Assembly (NCBI GenBank): GCA_034430695.1
Contig: DAOUEE010000200.1
Span: forward strand, 19,834 to 83,833
Length of the DNA: 64,000 nt
DNA from: Anaerolineales bacterium
Lineage (GTDB): Bacteria > Chloroflexota > Anaerolineae > Anaerolineales > E44-bin32
Direction of reading: 5' to 3'
In this document: piece by piece, positions 1 through 11,547 of the stretch
Numbering within the stretch: position 1 is the stretch's first letter
Layout of the letters: every line of letters starts with the position of its first letter
Translations under genes and position numbers: made by a program
Notes under the pieces: generated by a model
Database searches by the model: none
What the model was told of the DNA's origin: nothing
What the model saw: only the letters and a program-made list of their open reading frames with translations

Positions 1-120
1 CTGCAGCCGACACCCGAATCCGATATCGTCTACACTGACGATCGTGCGCCGATCGAATTTCTCACCAATTCCATGGCGCTGCGTTTCATTCTGGGTGGCG
101 AAGTCGACATCCTGCGTTAG
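1..120 (+). CDS. 3' end (39 codons) of a gene starting upstream of the window; possibly a spermidine-synthase-like / fused MFS family C-terminus
   Basis: Frame 1 is open from base 1 to TAG at 118-120. The tail ...YTDDRAPIEFLTN... resembles the C-terminal TDDxAPVE of spermidine-synthase-like proteins. Too short to be sure. Confidence 0.35.
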   Translation: MQPTPESDIVYTDDRAPIEFLTNSMALRFILGGEVDILR

Positions 121-135
121 AAGGAGGCGAGTATC

Positions 136-834
136 TTGTCATCGAGGGCGCGTTTTTGGAAACAAGCGGTTGAAAGCTTGTTCGTGATTCTACTGCCGAT
201 CAGTCTCATCCTGTCGAGTGTTTATGTCGTACTTTACAGTGCCGGAATCTGGGTTCCGATTGAGTACCGCATGCCTGGTTTTCCAAAGGATAGCTATGGC
301 TTCGGCTTGCAGGACCGGCTGTACTGGTCGTCCGTGGACATCCATTTCTTACTCAGCAACGAGGATATTTCCTACTTCGATTCCTATTCCCTGGCTGATG
401 GATCGCCGATGCACAACGAACGCGAGTTGAAACACATGCAAGATGTCCAGGTCCTGTTGAACGTGATGAAACGCGTCCTGTTGGCTGCCTGGATTCTTGC
501 AGTTCTGATGCTCGTGCTCTTGTGGCGAATGGGTCACAGTCAAGAAATTCCGCGTGCTATATTTCGAGGGATCCGGGCAACATTGATTTTTATCGCTGTG
601 TTGATCCTGGGCATCGTCGTCTCCTTCGGCGTGCTCTTCGTCAGTTTCCATCGCATCTTTTTCGAAGGGGACACCTGGCTGTTCGCCTACTCGGATACGT
701 TCATTCGCTTGTATCCAGAGCGGTTCTGGCGAGATTGTTTCATCCTCTTGGGCCTGGTCACCATTCTGGAGGCGTTGACCGTTTATGGGATCGGCAGACT
801 GCTTGCGAAGAAAATTCCAGCAGAGGCGGGATAA
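136..834 (+). CDS. TIGR01906/DUF1461 (Lit-like) integral membrane protein
   Basis: TTG start 8 nt after AAGGAGG (121-127). One N-terminal TM, an extracytoplasmic segment, then three TMs. FHRIFFEGDTWLF...LYPERFW resembles the family signature. Confidence 0.6.
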   Translation: MSSRARFWKQAVESLFVILLPISLILSSVYVVLYSAGIWVPIEYRMPGFPKDSYGFGLQDRLYWSSVDIHFLLSNEDISYFDSYSLADGSPMHNERELKHMQDVQVLLNVMKRVLLAAWILAVLMLVLLWRMGHSQEIPRAIFRGIRATLIFIAVLILGIVVSFGVLFVSFHRIFFEGDTWLFAYSDTFIRLYPERFWRDCFILLGLVTILEALTVYGIGRLLAKKIPAEAG

Positions 835-954
835 CGGATTTTGTTGTTTTTCAAGAAATCTGCGAGGTAGACGAACAAATGACAAAGATCGACGTTGGCG
901 TCGATCTTTGTCATTACGTTAGGAGTTGATATAGGGTAACGCCGTGAAGATCTT

Positions 955-2166
955 CTAAGCCCCGAATTTATCCAGCCGGTTCGCGTGTGCCATCATCAAC
1001 GGCATGAGCGTTGTGGCAGGGATCGTCCCCAAACCGCCGCGCCCACATGCTCGCTCGCCGAAGGTTTTTTCCGCGTCCGCTCTTGCGGTTTCCGGAGCCC
1101 AGAGCAGGGCGGGAACCGGGTGCCAGGAATGTGAACGCAATCTTGCGGGTGTGGAATGATCGCCGGTAACGACGACGACGTCCGGATTCAAGTCCATCAA
1201 CTGCGGCAGCGCCGCGTCCACGCTCTCGATGATTTTAACCTTGCCTTCGAAGTTCCCGTCTTCGCCTTTGCTGTCGGTCTTCTTGATGTGAATGAAGAAG
1301 AAATCGTAATCGTTCCATCGTTGTGAAACAATCTGGAATTCCTGCTCGGGTGTTTCGCCCTCGAATTCGATGAGCTCCATTCCGACCAGTTTTGATACGC
1401 CGCGGTACATCGGGTATACAGCGATACAGCCGGCGCGTAGCCCGAAGATTTCGGGAAATTGCGGCAGGCCGGGGTCGGTCGAAAACCCGCGCAGGGTCAA
1501 TGCATTGGCTTTGGGCTGGGATTGCAGTTTCTCACGCGCAGCCGTGATCCATTGGTTGAAATACCCGGCACAAGCCTCGGATTCGCTGTCGAGCGCACGT
1601 GCGGGGAGGGGGGCGACGCCGGTTTGCTGCGGGTCGGTATCCTCGATGTTTGCCGAGAGGCCTTTTCCAGACATAACGGCTGCAAAGCGGTATTCGCGCA
1701 CAGGGCGAACGTCCACATCTACGCCTTCGATCTCGATCTCCTGCAGCTTGTTCACGATGGGAATCGCTTCGTCCGAGGGAATCCTTCCCGCCCGGCGGTC
1801 GATGATTTTCCCCTCGGCATCGACGGTGCAAAAATTCCCCCGAACGGCTACGTGCCCTTTCGATACCGTCATGCCGATACCCGTCGCTTCCAGCACGCCG
1901 CGGCCGACTTCGAACTCGACGGGATCATATCCGAAGAGCCCCAAATGCGCAGGACCTGATCCGGGTGTAATGCCTCGGCGAACGGGAATGGTTTGCCCCA
2001 ACGTTCCCGCCGCTGCCATCCGATCGAGGTTGGGCGTGTTCGCGGCTTCCAGTTCCGTAGGACCACCGGGCTCGATAGGCAGACCGCCGAGACCGTCCAT
2101 GACGAGCAGGACGATTTTGGTATCGTTCTTTTTATGCAGTGACCGCATGAGTTCAAAATCGTGCAT
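955..2166 (-). CDS. apgM: cofactor-independent phosphoglycerate mutase, archaeal type (ApgM)
   Basis: ORF 955..2187 carries KIVLLVMDGLGG and VVVTGDHSTP metalloenzyme motifs. Start moved to ATG 2166 because AAGGAGG lies 8 nt upstream of it. Confidence 0.85.
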   Translation of the reverse strand: MHDFELMRSLHKKNDTKIVLLVMDGLGGLPIEPGGPTELEAANTPNLDRMAAAGTLGQTIPVRRGITPGSGPAHLGLFGYDPVEFEVGRGVLEATGIGMTVSKGHVAVRGNFCTVDAEGKIIDRRAGRIPSDEAIPIVNKLQEIEIEGVDVDVRPVREYRFAAVMSGKGLSANIEDTDPQQTGVAPLPARALDSESEACAGYFNQWITAAREKLQSQPKANALTLRGFSTDPGLPQFPEIFGLRAGCIAVYPMYRGVSKLVGMELIEFEGETPEQEFQIVSQRWNDYDFFFIHIKKTDSKGEDGNFEGKVKIIESVDAALPQLMDLNPDVVVVTGDHSTPARLRSHSWHPVPALLWAPETARADAEKTFGERACGRGGLGTIPATTLMPLMMAHANRLDKFGA

Positions 2167-2190
2167 ATGCAAATCCTCCTTAGTCATAAG

Positions 2191-2222
2191 AAAACCCCCA
2201 CGCCTTTGCAGGCGGGGGGTTT
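2191..2222 (-). terminator. GC-rich hairpin with flanking A/T runs (bidirectional-looking) between the ABC ATPase gene and apgM
   Basis: Stem 2195-2204 / 2211-2219 (CCCCCACGCC/GGCGGGGGG, one mismatch). On the minus strand it is followed by TTTTCTTATG. Confidence 0.5.
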
Positions 2223-2242
2223 AAATTTATGTGTCGGATCTT

Positions 2243-3343
2243 CTACATGATCGCGTTTTGGTCGCCGTCGATGTTGAATAGATGCATGCTGTCCATGTCG
2301 AAGACGCACTCGACGGTGTCGCCGACCTTGAACGCCGTTCGGGGATCGATCCGTCCGATGAAGGAGTTTTCGCCGCTAACGAAGTGCATGAAGATCTCGT
2401 TGCCCATCAACTCGGTCACTTCCACTTTCGCTTCGACCGGGGAGGCGTATACGGGCGGAGAGAACGTCGGGTCGTGCACGTCGTCCGGGCGGATGCCGAA
2501 GATGACTTGCTTGCCGGCGTGAGGCATGTATCGATCCATCTTCGATGGCGGAACGTTGACGTGGAAGGTGTCCGCATCGATGACCAGCGATCCATCTGAC
2601 TTCTCCAGGGTTGCTTTGAAGAAGTTCATCGCCGGTGAACCGATGAATCCGGCCACGAAGACGTTCGACGGGCGATCGTAGAGTTCCTGCGGCGTGTCTA
2701 CCTGCTGGAGGACACCGCCTCGCATCACGGCGATGCGGTCGGCCATCGTCATGGCCTCGGTCTGATCGTGCGTCACGTAGATGAAGGTCGTCTTCAGGCG
2801 GTGATGCAGTTTGCTGATTTCGGCCCTCATTTGAACTCTCAATTTCGCATCCAGGTTCGAGAGGGGTTCGTCGAACAGGAAGACCTGCGGTTCGCGCACG
2901 ATGGCTCGGCCAACGGCAACGCGCTGGCGCTCACCACCGGACAACTGGCGAGGTTTCCGATCCAGGAGGTGTTCGATGCTGAGAATGTCAGCGGCTTCCT
3001 GAACGCGCCGTTTGATCTCTTCCTTGGGTGTTTTGCGCAGTTTGAGGCCGAAAGCCATGTTGTCGAATACGGACATGTGCGGGTACAACGCGTAGGACTG
3101 AAACACCATGGCGATGTCCCGGTCTTTTGGCTCGATGTCGTTGACGATGCGATCGCCGATGGCGATCGTTCCTTCGTCGATCTCCTCGAGACCTGCGAGC
3201 AGGCGGAGACCGGTGGTCTTGCCGCATCCTGACGGCCCGACCAGTACAAGGAACTCCCTGTCGATGATATTGAGGTTCATGTCGTTGACTGCAGTTACGT
3301 CTCCAAAATGCTTACTTACGTGTGTATAACTTACGGTGGCCAT
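2243..3343 (-). CDS. sugar ABC transporter ATP-binding protein (MalK/UgpC/MsiK type), with no permease or binding protein adjacent
   Basis: Walker A GPSGCGKTT, signature LSGGERQR, Walker B FLFDEPLS and a C-terminal MalK-like regulatory domain. Start MATVSYTHV at 3343 follows AAGGAGGAAG. The ORF-track N-terminal extension to 3907 is rejected. Confidence 0.9.
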   Translation of the reverse strand: MATVSYTHVSKHFGDVTAVNDMNLNIIDREFLVLVGPSGCGKTTGLRLLAGLEEIDEGTIAIGDRIVNDIEPKDRDIAMVFQSYALYPHMSVFDNMAFGLKLRKTPKEEIKRRVQEAADILSIEHLLDRKPRQLSGGERQRVAVGRAIVREPQVFLFDEPLSNLDAKLRVQMRAEISKLHHRLKTTFIYVTHDQTEAMTMADRIAVMRGGVLQQVDTPQELYDRPSNVFVAGFIGSPAMNFFKATLEKSDGSLVIDADTFHVNVPPSKMDRYMPHAGKQVIFGIRPDDVHDPTFSPPVYASPVEAKVEVTELMGNEIFMHFVSGENSFIGRIDPRTAFKVGDTVECVFDMDSMHLFNIDGDQNAIM

Positions 3344-3424
3344 GAGCCGTCTTCCTCCTTCTTTTGGGTATAGTGCCACCATTATACACGCAACCAGAGC
3401 AACATAAAAGATTTTAAGCCGCTC

Positions 3425-4831
3425 ATGTTGACGCTGTATATCCTCTCTGGTATAGTCGTCCTCGTGTACAGGACACCGGGTCAATCCAATCAGAACGGAA
3501 AAACACCGCATAGATTTCGTGGACTCGTCCGCTGGCTCCAGCCAGGATTGGGGGTCAAGCGTTGGTTCGTGATTCTGATCGTCGGCGTGGCCTTGATCGG
3601 ATTGGGCGTTGCGGTGATTCTGCTCGATATCTATCGAAACCATCCACAATCCCCCTGGCTCGCAATTTTGAGTCTTCGCGATCTGCCGCGCTGGCTGCGG
3701 GCGGTCGTGCTGGGAATCTCCGGTTTCCTGCTGACTTTCTTTGCCGTTGTGAGGCTCAATCGCGCTTTGCTTGCGCCGTATCTCCGCCCTGGAAAGCCTT
3801 TGGTGGAAGCCGTAGCCCGGTATCGGCGCCTGGGCCGCGGTCCGAAGATCGTCGCCATCGGTGGAGGTACCGGATTGTCCACGCTGCTGCGTGGCCTGAA
3901 AAAGCACACCGGCAATCTGACCGCCATCGTGACGGTCGCAGACGATGGGGGTTCCTCCGGAAGGCTGCGCCAGTCGCTGGGACTGCCTCCGCCGGGTGAC
4001 ATTCGCAACTGCCTCGCTGCGCTGTCTGACGATGAAGATTTACTGACGCAGCTGTTTCAATATCGCTTTCTCGAAGGAGAAGAATTAAACGGCCATTCCT
4101 TCGGAAATCTCTTCATCGCCGCTCTGGCAGGTGTGACCGGCAGTTTCGATCAAGGTATCCTGGAGACGGGGCGCGTACTGGCGATCCACGGCCAGGTACT
4201 GCCTTCCACGTTGGAAGACGTCGCTTTATCCGCAGATAAAGCTCCTGCACTTGCCGACAGAGCGGTACGAGTGGAAGGCGAGAGTCGCATTCCCGATATA
4301 CCAGGCAGGATAGAAAGGGTGCAGCTCGAACCCAACGATCCACCCGCTTATCCCGGTGCGATCCAGGCGATCCTGGCTGCGGACATGATCGTCGTTGGCC
4401 CGGGGAGCTTGTATACCTCCGTTCTGCCCAACTTGCTGGTTCCGGACATCGTCCAGGCCATACAGGCTTCAAGCGCTTTTAAAACGTACGTTTGCAACGT
4501 GGCGACACAGAAGGGGGAAACGGAGGGTTATAATTGTCAGCAGCATCTGGAAGCCATCGAAAATCACGTCGGATTGGGGTTGGTGGATTTGGTTGTAGCC
4601 AACGATGGTCATCTGGATGCCAAGCCGGATGGAACCGAAATGGTCGAGCCCGTGTTCGATGGGAACACGCTGGTCCAACTCTACACTGCAGATTTGGTCG
4701 ACGTAGATCGGCCCTGGCGGCATGATGCGCGGAAGTTGGCTGAAGCGCTGATCGCGCTGCTCGAAGAACGAACGGGTCCGTTGGATCTGCAGTCGATGGA
4801 TGAACAAGATACCAATCCGGATCTGAACTGA
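3425..4831 (+). CDS. yvcK: gluconeogenesis factor YvcK family (CofD-like, UPF0052) with an N-terminal membrane anchor
   Basis: KIVAIGGGTGLSTLLRGLK...VTVADDGGSSGRLR is typical of YvcK/CofD-like proteins. It is preceded by about 130 aa with 2-3 hydrophobic helices. No SD before ATG 3425, so the start is uncertain. Confidence 0.85.
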   Translation: MLTLYILSGIVVLVYRTPGQSNQNGKTPHRFRGLVRWLQPGLGVKRWFVILIVGVALIGLGVAVILLDIYRNHPQSPWLAILSLRDLPRWLRAVVLGISGFLLTFFAVVRLNRALLAPYLRPGKPLVEAVARYRRLGRGPKIVAIGGGTGLSTLLRGLKKHTGNLTAIVTVADDGGSSGRLRQSLGLPPPGDIRNCLAALSDDEDLLTQLFQYRFLEGEELNGHSFGNLFIAALAGVTGSFDQGILETGRVLAIHGQVLPSTLEDVALSADKAPALADRAVRVEGESRIPDIPGRIERVQLEPNDPPAYPGAIQAILAADMIVVGPGSLYTSVLPNLLVPDIVQAIQASSAFKTYVCNVATQKGETEGYNCQQHLEAIENHVGLGLVDLVVANDGHLDAKPDGTEMVEPVFDGNTLVQLYTADLVDVDRPWRHDARKLAEALIALLEERTGPLDLQSMDEQDTNPDLN

Positions 4832-5866
<1,035 letters not shown>

Positions 5867-5922
5867 ATCCAGGTAGCGCGGCGCGCCTGGTAATCCGGGT
5901 GCGCCGCGTTGAGGTTAATCTC

Positions 5923-7098
5923 ATGTTTGATAAGAAAACGATTCGCGACATCGACCCAAAGAACAAGCGGGTATTGGTGAGGGTCGATTTTAACGTTCCA
6001 CTTGCGGATGGGGCCGTGGCCGATGATACCCGCATCCGAGCCGCATTGCCGACGATCCGCTATCTGCTCGAGCACGACGCCGCAGTCATCCTGTGTTCGC
6101 ATCTCGGCCGACCCAAAGGCAAAATCGTACCGGAACTGACGCTGCGGCCCGTAGCCGAACACCTCTCTTCCCTGCTCGATATGCCGGTCGAATTCGTGGA
6201 GGACTGCGTTGGACCCAAAGCACAGGCTGCGGTGGAGAAACTTGAGCCGGGAGAAGTCCTGCTGCTCGAGAACACGCGCTTCAATCCGGAAGAACGGGCG
6301 AACGATGACGCATTTTCCGCAGCTCTGGCTTCGCTCGCCGACCTGTACGTCGATGACGCTTTCGGATCTGCGCATCGGGCTCACGCATCGACGGAAGGCG
6401 TCGCACACCATCTCCCTGCGGTCGCTGGGTTTTTGATGGAAAAGGAATTGGAATACCTGGGGAAGGCGTTGGAGAATCCCGCTCATCCTTTCGTGGCGAT
6501 TCTGGGCGGCGCCAAGATTTCCGATAAGATCACCGTCGTGGAGCGCTTGCTTGAAAAGGCCGATCGCTTGCTCATCGGTGGCGGCATGGCCAATACCTTC
6601 CTTGCCGCGCAAGGAAAATCCATGGGCAATTCCCTCGTCGAAGAGGATTCCATCGAAACGGCGAAAGACTTGCTGGCGCGTTCCGCGGATCGGCTGCTGC
6701 TCCCCGTCGATTTGGTCGTTGGAGATCGATTCGCGGAGGACGCGCAAAGCAAGACGGTCTCGGTGGACGACGTTCCGGCGGGTTGGGGTGCGTACGATAT
6801 TGGCCCCAAGACGGTGGAGTCGTTCAGCCAGGTCATCAACGAGGCGAGGCTCGTGGTTTGGAACGGACCGATGGGCGTGTTCGAATTCGAGCCCTTCGCC
6901 AAGGGAACGTGGGCGATCGCCAAAGCTGTAGCGGATTGTGAAGGAACGACGATTGTAGGCGGCGGGGAATCCACGGCTGCGGTGCGGCAAGCCGGCTTGA
7001 CGGACCGCATCAGCCACGTCTCGACGGGCGGCGGCGCCTCGCTCGAATTTCTCGAAGGCAAAGAACTGCCTGGCGTGGTAGTACTCGAGGATAAATAA
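5923..7098 (+). CDS. pgk: phosphoglycerate kinase
   Basis: RVDFNVPL N-terminus and a full-length PGK-like sequence. Start taken at ATG 5923 (GAGG 9 nt upstream) rather than GTG 5899. Confidence 0.95.
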   Translation: MFDKKTIRDIDPKNKRVLVRVDFNVPLADGAVADDTRIRAALPTIRYLLEHDAAVILCSHLGRPKGKIVPELTLRPVAEHLSSLLDMPVEFVEDCVGPKAQAAVEKLEPGEVLLLENTRFNPEERANDDAFSAALASLADLYVDDAFGSAHRAHASTEGVAHHLPAVAGFLMEKELEYLGKALENPAHPFVAILGGAKISDKITVVERLLEKADRLLIGGGMANTFLAAQGKSMGNSLVEEDSIETAKDLLARSADRLLLPVDLVVGDRFAEDAQSKTVSVDDVPAGWGAYDIGPKTVESFSQVINEARLVVWNGPMGVFEFEPFAKGTWAIAKAVADCEGTTIVGGGESTAAVRQAGLTDRISHVSTGGGASLEFLEGKELPGVVVLEDK

Positions 7099-7236
7099 GC
7101 GTAATTTCGGGTTCTCCTGTTTGGAGACTTTCGCATCCGAAAAAATCGAGAGATCGATTCGAACGTCATATCCTCGCGCGCGGGTAGATTCTGCTTGGCT
7201 GGCTCGATCAGGTACCAACAGCCGTGCAGATTTTTG

Positions 7237-7265
7237 TTGTCCCTTTGAAACCTCTCGTCTATAAT
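7237..7265 (+). promoter_or_regulatory. sigma70-like promoter for the kinase(-tpiA) unit
   Basis: TTGTCC (7237-7242), 17 nt, then TATAAT (7260-7265). It lies 27 nt upstream of ATG 7292. Confidence 0.45.
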
Positions 7266-7291
7266 GTGCGCGGCCTGAGGTTGGAGTTGCT

Positions 7292-8986
7292 ATGAGTTTT
7301 GAAAAAGGTGAAAACGTAGGCGCCTACCGCATCATCGAGCAGCTGGGACAGGGAGGTATGGCGACGGTTTACAAAGCCTACCATCCCGCCCTCGATCGTT
7401 ATGTGGCCATCAAAGCGCTTCATCCGGCGATCATGGAAGACCCCAATTTTCAGGCTCGTTTCGAACGAGAAGCCAAAGTCGTCGCCAAGTTGGAGCACCC
7501 GAACATCGTTCCGATCTACGATTTCTCCGAGCATGCAGGCCAGCCCTACCTGGTGATGAAGTTCATCGAAGGGGAAACACTCAAAGCGCGTCTTGCAAAA
7601 GGTCCGCTCAAGAAGGAAGAAGCGCTGCGCATCGTCCAGGCCGTTGGGGGTGCACTGACGTACGCGCACGAACACGGCTACCTGCATCGGGACGTCAAAC
7701 CTTCCAACATTTTGATCGCTCCGGGAGGCGAAATCTACCTTGCGGATTTCGGACTGGCGCGCATCGCAGAAGCAGGCGCTTCGACGCTCTCGGGGGACAT
7801 GCTCATGGGCACGCCGCAGTACATTTCCCCCGAACAGGCGCAAGGAGTGAAGGATCTCGACGAGGGGACGGACATCTATTCCTTCGGAGTCGTGCTCTAC
7901 GAACTGGTCGTCGGCCGCGTTCCCTTTTCTTCGGACACCCCCTTCTCGATCATTCACGACCACATCTACACGCCGCTCCCCTTGCCGCGCCAGATCAATC
8001 CGACGGTGCCGGAGGCCGTCGAGCTGGTGCTGTTGAAGGCACTGGCGAAAGACCGAGAAGATCGTTATGCCAGCGTCGAGGATATGATCGAGGCCTTCTG
8101 TGCTGCCGTTACGGGCGGCGATATCGGGGTGCTCGAATCGTTGTCGAACCCTCGCACAAAGAAGCAGCTTCCTTCGGAATCGCTTGCGAAAGCCGCAACG
8201 TTGGCCGACATGGCGAATTTGGATGACGCGCCGCAGCCCGAGACCGTGGATGAAAAGCCGGGGCTGAAGGACTCGCTGCGAAAACGCAGCCGGTGGTTCT
8301 GGGTCGTCGCCGGATTGGTGATGACCTGTTGTATCCTGTTTGTTTTTATCGGCAGCATCAAGCAACTTTCTTCCCTGGGAAAGCCAACCGAGACGGAGCC
8401 GCCGGAAGATCGACCCGTGGAGGAAGTTCAACCCGAAGACTTTTCAAACGAAAATGCGGACGAAGTGCTTCATCGGGCGGAAACGTTGCTCGCGGAAGGC
8501 GATGACCGCGGGGCATACGATGCTTTCATTAAAGCTGGCGACTTTTTCATGGAAGCCGGTGATTTCCCGATGGCCATGGAAACCTACTTGCGGGCGCGTG
8601 AGCTCTCGCAAAATCCGATGCGTCCCGAAGTACTCCTGGCAAACAAGCTATTCCAAGCCCTTTTCTTCGGAGCACCTGAGGAACCGATGTGGCCGTTGAT
8701 CGAGGGCCTTTATGATAATTACCCGGATCGAGACGTGATCCAGGTGGCCGCTGCGCGGATGCGTTTGTATGCAGATTCCCCGGAGGCGGCTATGGCTGAG
8801 CTGACTCCCGTGTTAGACCGCAATCCGGACAACGCCGTCGCGAATGTGGTTCTCGTCGAGATCCACATCCACCTTGGCGAGATGGATGTGGCCCGGGATC
8901 TCCTTACCCGGCTTTTGGAGAACAACCGCACGCCGGTATGGCTGCAAGAGCATATGCAATTTTTGAAACGTCAAATCCCTGAATAA
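7292..8986 (+). CDS. Hanks-type Ser/Thr protein kinase with one TM helix and a C-terminal TPR-like helical domain
   Basis: GQGGMATVYKA, VAIK, HRDVKPSNIL and DFGLAR motifs. TM helix WFWVVAGLVMTCCILFVFIGSI. Helical repeat tail. Confidence 0.9.
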   Translation: MSFEKGENVGAYRIIEQLGQGGMATVYKAYHPALDRYVAIKALHPAIMEDPNFQARFEREAKVVAKLEHPNIVPIYDFSEHAGQPYLVMKFIEGETLKARLAKGPLKKEEALRIVQAVGGALTYAHEHGYLHRDVKPSNILIAPGGEIYLADFGLARIAEAGASTLSGDMLMGTPQYISPEQAQGVKDLDEGTDIYSFGVVLYELVVGRVPFSSDTPFSIIHDHIYTPLPLPRQINPTVPEAVELVLLKALAKDREDRYASVEDMIEAFCAAVTGGDIGVLESLSNPRTKKQLPSESLAKAATLADMANLDDAPQPETVDEKPGLKDSLRKRSRWFWVVAGLVMTCCILFVFIGSIKQLSSLGKPTETEPPEDRPVEEVQPEDFSNENADEVLHRAETLLAEGDDRGAYDAFIKAGDFFMEAGDFPMAMETYLRARELSQNPMRPEVLLANKLFQALFFGAPEEPMWPLIEGLYDNYPDRDVIQVAAARMRLYADSPEAAMAELTPVLDRNPDNAVANVVLVEIHIHLGEMDVARDLLTRLLENNRTPVWLQEHMQFLKRQIPE

Positions 8987-9008
8987 TATCAATTCATTGG
9001 AGGAGAAA

Positions 9009-9770
9009 GTGGATCGAGTGCCATGTATTGCAGGTAACTGGAAGATGAACAAAAACATCACGGAAGCACTGCAGCTCGTGGAGGAGATGCTTCCTCGCTT
9101 GTCCGAACTCAGCGGTGTTGAACGCGTCGTATGCCCGCCCTTCATCGCCTTGCCCGCCGTGGCGGAGCGCTTGAAGGACGAGGATGTGTTCGTAGGCTCA
9201 CAAAACGTTCACTGGAAAGAGGCGGGGGCGTTTACCGGCGAAATTTCTCCCACCATGCTGCAGGACCTGTGTACGTTTGCGATCATCGGACATTCGGAGC
9301 GCAGAGCGTATTTTGGGGAAACGGACGAGACGGTAAATTTACGCGTCAGGGCAGCTTTGAACTATGGATTGCGTCCGATCGTTTGTGTCGGAGAAACGCT
9401 GGAACAACGCGAAGCAGGACAGACGATAGACGTGGTCAGCACGCAGGTCTCCCAAGGCTTTGCGGACATATCCAAAGAGGATTTCCGCCGCGTCATAGTG
9501 GCCTACGAGCCCATCTGGGCGATCGGAACCGGCAAGGCGGCGACGCCGGAGGATGCCAATGAGACCATCGTCGCGTCGATTCGTCCGGTGTTGACAAGCA
9601 TGTTTGGCGAAGATATCGCACAGGCCACGCGCATCCAATACGGCGGCAGCGTCAAGCCGGGAAATGCCGCGGAATTCTTCCAGCAGCCGGATATCGATGG
9701 CGCTCTGGTCGGTGGTGCCAGTCTGCGTGCCGACGATTTCATCGCAATCGTCAAAGCCGCTCGAGGCTAA
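9009..9770 (+). CDS. tpiA: triose-phosphate isomerase
   Basis: AGNWKMN, IGHSERR and AYEPIWAIGTG motifs. GTG 9009 preferred because GGAGGAG ends 4 nt upstream. The ORF track starts at TTG 8997. Confidence 0.93.
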   Translation: MDRVPCIAGNWKMNKNITEALQLVEEMLPRLSELSGVERVVCPPFIALPAVAERLKDEDVFVGSQNVHWKEAGAFTGEISPTMLQDLCTFAIIGHSERRAYFGETDETVNLRVRAALNYGLRPIVCVGETLEQREAGQTIDVVSTQVSQGFADISKEDFRRVIVAYEPIWAIGTGKAATPEDANETIVASIRPVLTSMFGEDIAQATRIQYGGSVKPGNAAEFFQQPDIDGALVGGASLRADDFIAIVKAARG

Positions 9771-9819
9771 CTCGAGTACGATCTGTTGCGAAAAGATGAC
9801 AGATATAACAGGACACCCG

Positions 9820-9853
9820 CCTCGGCGGGTGTCCTTCTTGATTCGTGAGAAAG
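9820..9853. terminator. strong hairpin between convergent tpiA and upp
   Basis: AGGACACCCGCC / GGCGGGTGTCCT, a perfect 11-12 bp stem (9820-9845), followed by TCTTGATT. Confidence 0.6.
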
Positions 9854-9868
9854 GATCGTCGATTTCTC

Positions 9869-10501
9869 TCAACCGGTGCCGAATTGGCGATCCCCTGCGT
9901 CTCCCAGGCCGGGGAGGATGTAGCCGTGCTCGTTCAGCCTTTCGTCCACGGCGGCAAGATGGATGGGGACTTCAGGGTGATGCCTGTGGAGTTCTTCGAT
10001 GCCCTCCGGTGCAGCGATGAGGCCGACGAATTTGATTTTCTTCACTCCCCAATCCTTGAGGATGTCGATCGTGGCGACGGCCGATCCGCCTGTCGCCAGC
10101 ATCGGATCGAGGATCAAGCACATCGAGACGGTGGGCTCGATGGGGAGTTTGTTGTAGTATTCGACGGGTTGGAGGGTCTTCTCGTCGCGGTAAAGACCGA
10201 TGTGCCATACTTCTGCGGAGGGCATCAGTCCCCACACCCCCTCTACCATCCCCAAACCGGCGCGCAGGATGGGTACCAATCCGACTCTCTCGGCCAGCTC
10301 GACACCGTCGGTCTCCGCCAGCGGGGTTTGAATGCGGACCGGATTGACCAGTAGATCTCGGGTCGCTTCGTAGGTCAGCAGCGTGGAGAGTTCCCGGATG
10401 AGTTCCCGGAATTTCTTGGGAACCACATCCTGCCTGCGCAGTTTACTCAGTTTGTGCGCTACAAGTGGGTGTGTCGAGGCGAAAACGTTCGTTTGCTCCA
10501 T
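9869..10501 (-). CDS. upp: uracil phosphoribosyltransferase
   Basis: Full-length Upp-like sequence with the PRPP-binding motif [13 protein letters not shown]. Confidence 0.93.
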   Translation of the reverse strand: MEQTNVFASTHPLVAHKLSKLRRQDVVPKKFRELIRELSTLLTYEATRDLLVNPVRIQTPLAETDGVELAERVGLVPILRAGLGMVEGVWGLMPSAEVWHIGLYRDEKTLQPVEYYNKLPIEPTVSMCLILDPMLATGGSAVATIDILKDWGVKKIKFVGLIAAPEGIEELHRHHPEVPIHLAAVDERLNEHGYILPGLGDAGDRQFGTG

Positions 10502-10572
10502 ACCGATCTCCAGGAAATCCGCGGAACGTCAATCGATGCCCTCCGATTTCAGAGCCCTCTCGGAATAATGTT

Positions 10573-11547
10573 TCATGAATTGCGGGTGATGATGTGATCT
10601 GCGAGTTCGTATAAAGCCCTTCGTTCCTGGTTTGCAGGCATGTTCTTCAAGATGGCCAGTCCCGCTTCGACGAATGCTCGAGCCTGATCGAGCGCCTGCT
10701 CGATCGCATCTGAGGAACGAATCGCGGAGGTGATTTCGGCAAGCGCGTCTTCGTCAAATTTCTGCTCGGCAATTTGATTGCGCAATTCTCCGCCATTGGA
10801 GATCGACGAGAGGTAACAAAGGACCGGGAGAGTGAGCAGGCCCTGTCGTAAATCGTTGGCGGCAGGTTTTCCAAGACTTTCCTGATCGGCGGTGAAATCC
10901 AATACATCATCCACGATCTGAAACGCCATGCCGATGTTGCATCCGAACGATTTCATCGCAGAAAGCGTAGCTTCATCGACATCGCCCAAGATCGCGGCGC
11001 CTTCTGTGGAGACCTCGAACAGCGAAGCGGTTTTTGCGTAAATGCGTTCGAGGTAATCCGGGATACCGTCGTCGTTGCTGCTGCTGGCGTACATCTGCGA
11101 AATTTCCCCGTTGACGATCGTCATCAACGTGCGCGCGAAGATTTTCATCAATGCCTGTCGACCGATTTCTGCCGCCAGGTACGCGGCGCGGGCGAAGATG
11201 TAATCTCCTGTCAATACCGTCGCGCCGGATCCCAGTGTGGCGTTGATGGTCGGAATCCCTCTGCGCAAGGAAGCGCCGTCGATCAGGTCGTCGTGGACGA
11301 GAGTCGCCGTATGCAGCATCTCTACCGAAGCGGCGAGTGTGATTGCATGTTCACGATCGGCGCCCAGCATGCCCGCTGAAAGCAGGACCAAGGCGGGCCG
11401 GATGCGTTTCCCTCCGGATGAGAGAATGTGTTCGAGCGCGGCGATCAAATTCGGGTTGTGTTCACCCGGGCTGACGCGCATCTTCTGCTCCACTTCGAAA
11501 AGTTCGGAGCGAATGAGATCAAAGAAGGTTACGGTCGTCGTTTCCAT
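10573..11547 (-). CDS. long-chain polyprenyl diphosphate synthase (hepta/octaprenyl type)
   Basis: Both Asp-rich motifs are present (LVHDDLIDG and FQIVDDVLDF). Start taken at [11 protein letters not shown], which overlaps the tatD 3' end. Confidence 0.85.
   Translation of the reverse strand: METTTVTFFDLIRSELFEVEQKMRVSPGEHNPNLIAALEHILSSGGKRIRPALVLLSAGMLGADREHAITLAASVEMLHTATLVHDDLIDGASLRRGIPTINATLGSGATVLTGDYIFARAAYLAAEIGRQALMKIFARTLMTIVNGEISQMYASSSNDDGIPDYLERIYAKTASLFEVSTEGAAILGDVDEATLSAMKSFGCNIGMAFQIVDDVLDFTADQESLGKPAANDLRQGLLTLPVLCYLSSISNGGELRNQIAEQKFDEDALAEITSAIRSSDAIEQALDQARAFVEAGLAILKNMPANQERRALYELADHIITRNS

Noticed and set aside
3344-3907. N-terminal 187-aa extension of the ABC ATPase ORF (ORF track 2243..3907).
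   Set aside because: The conserved ATPase begins at MATVSYTHV, which has a perfect SD. The extension overlaps the divergent yvcK gene and has no protein-like character.
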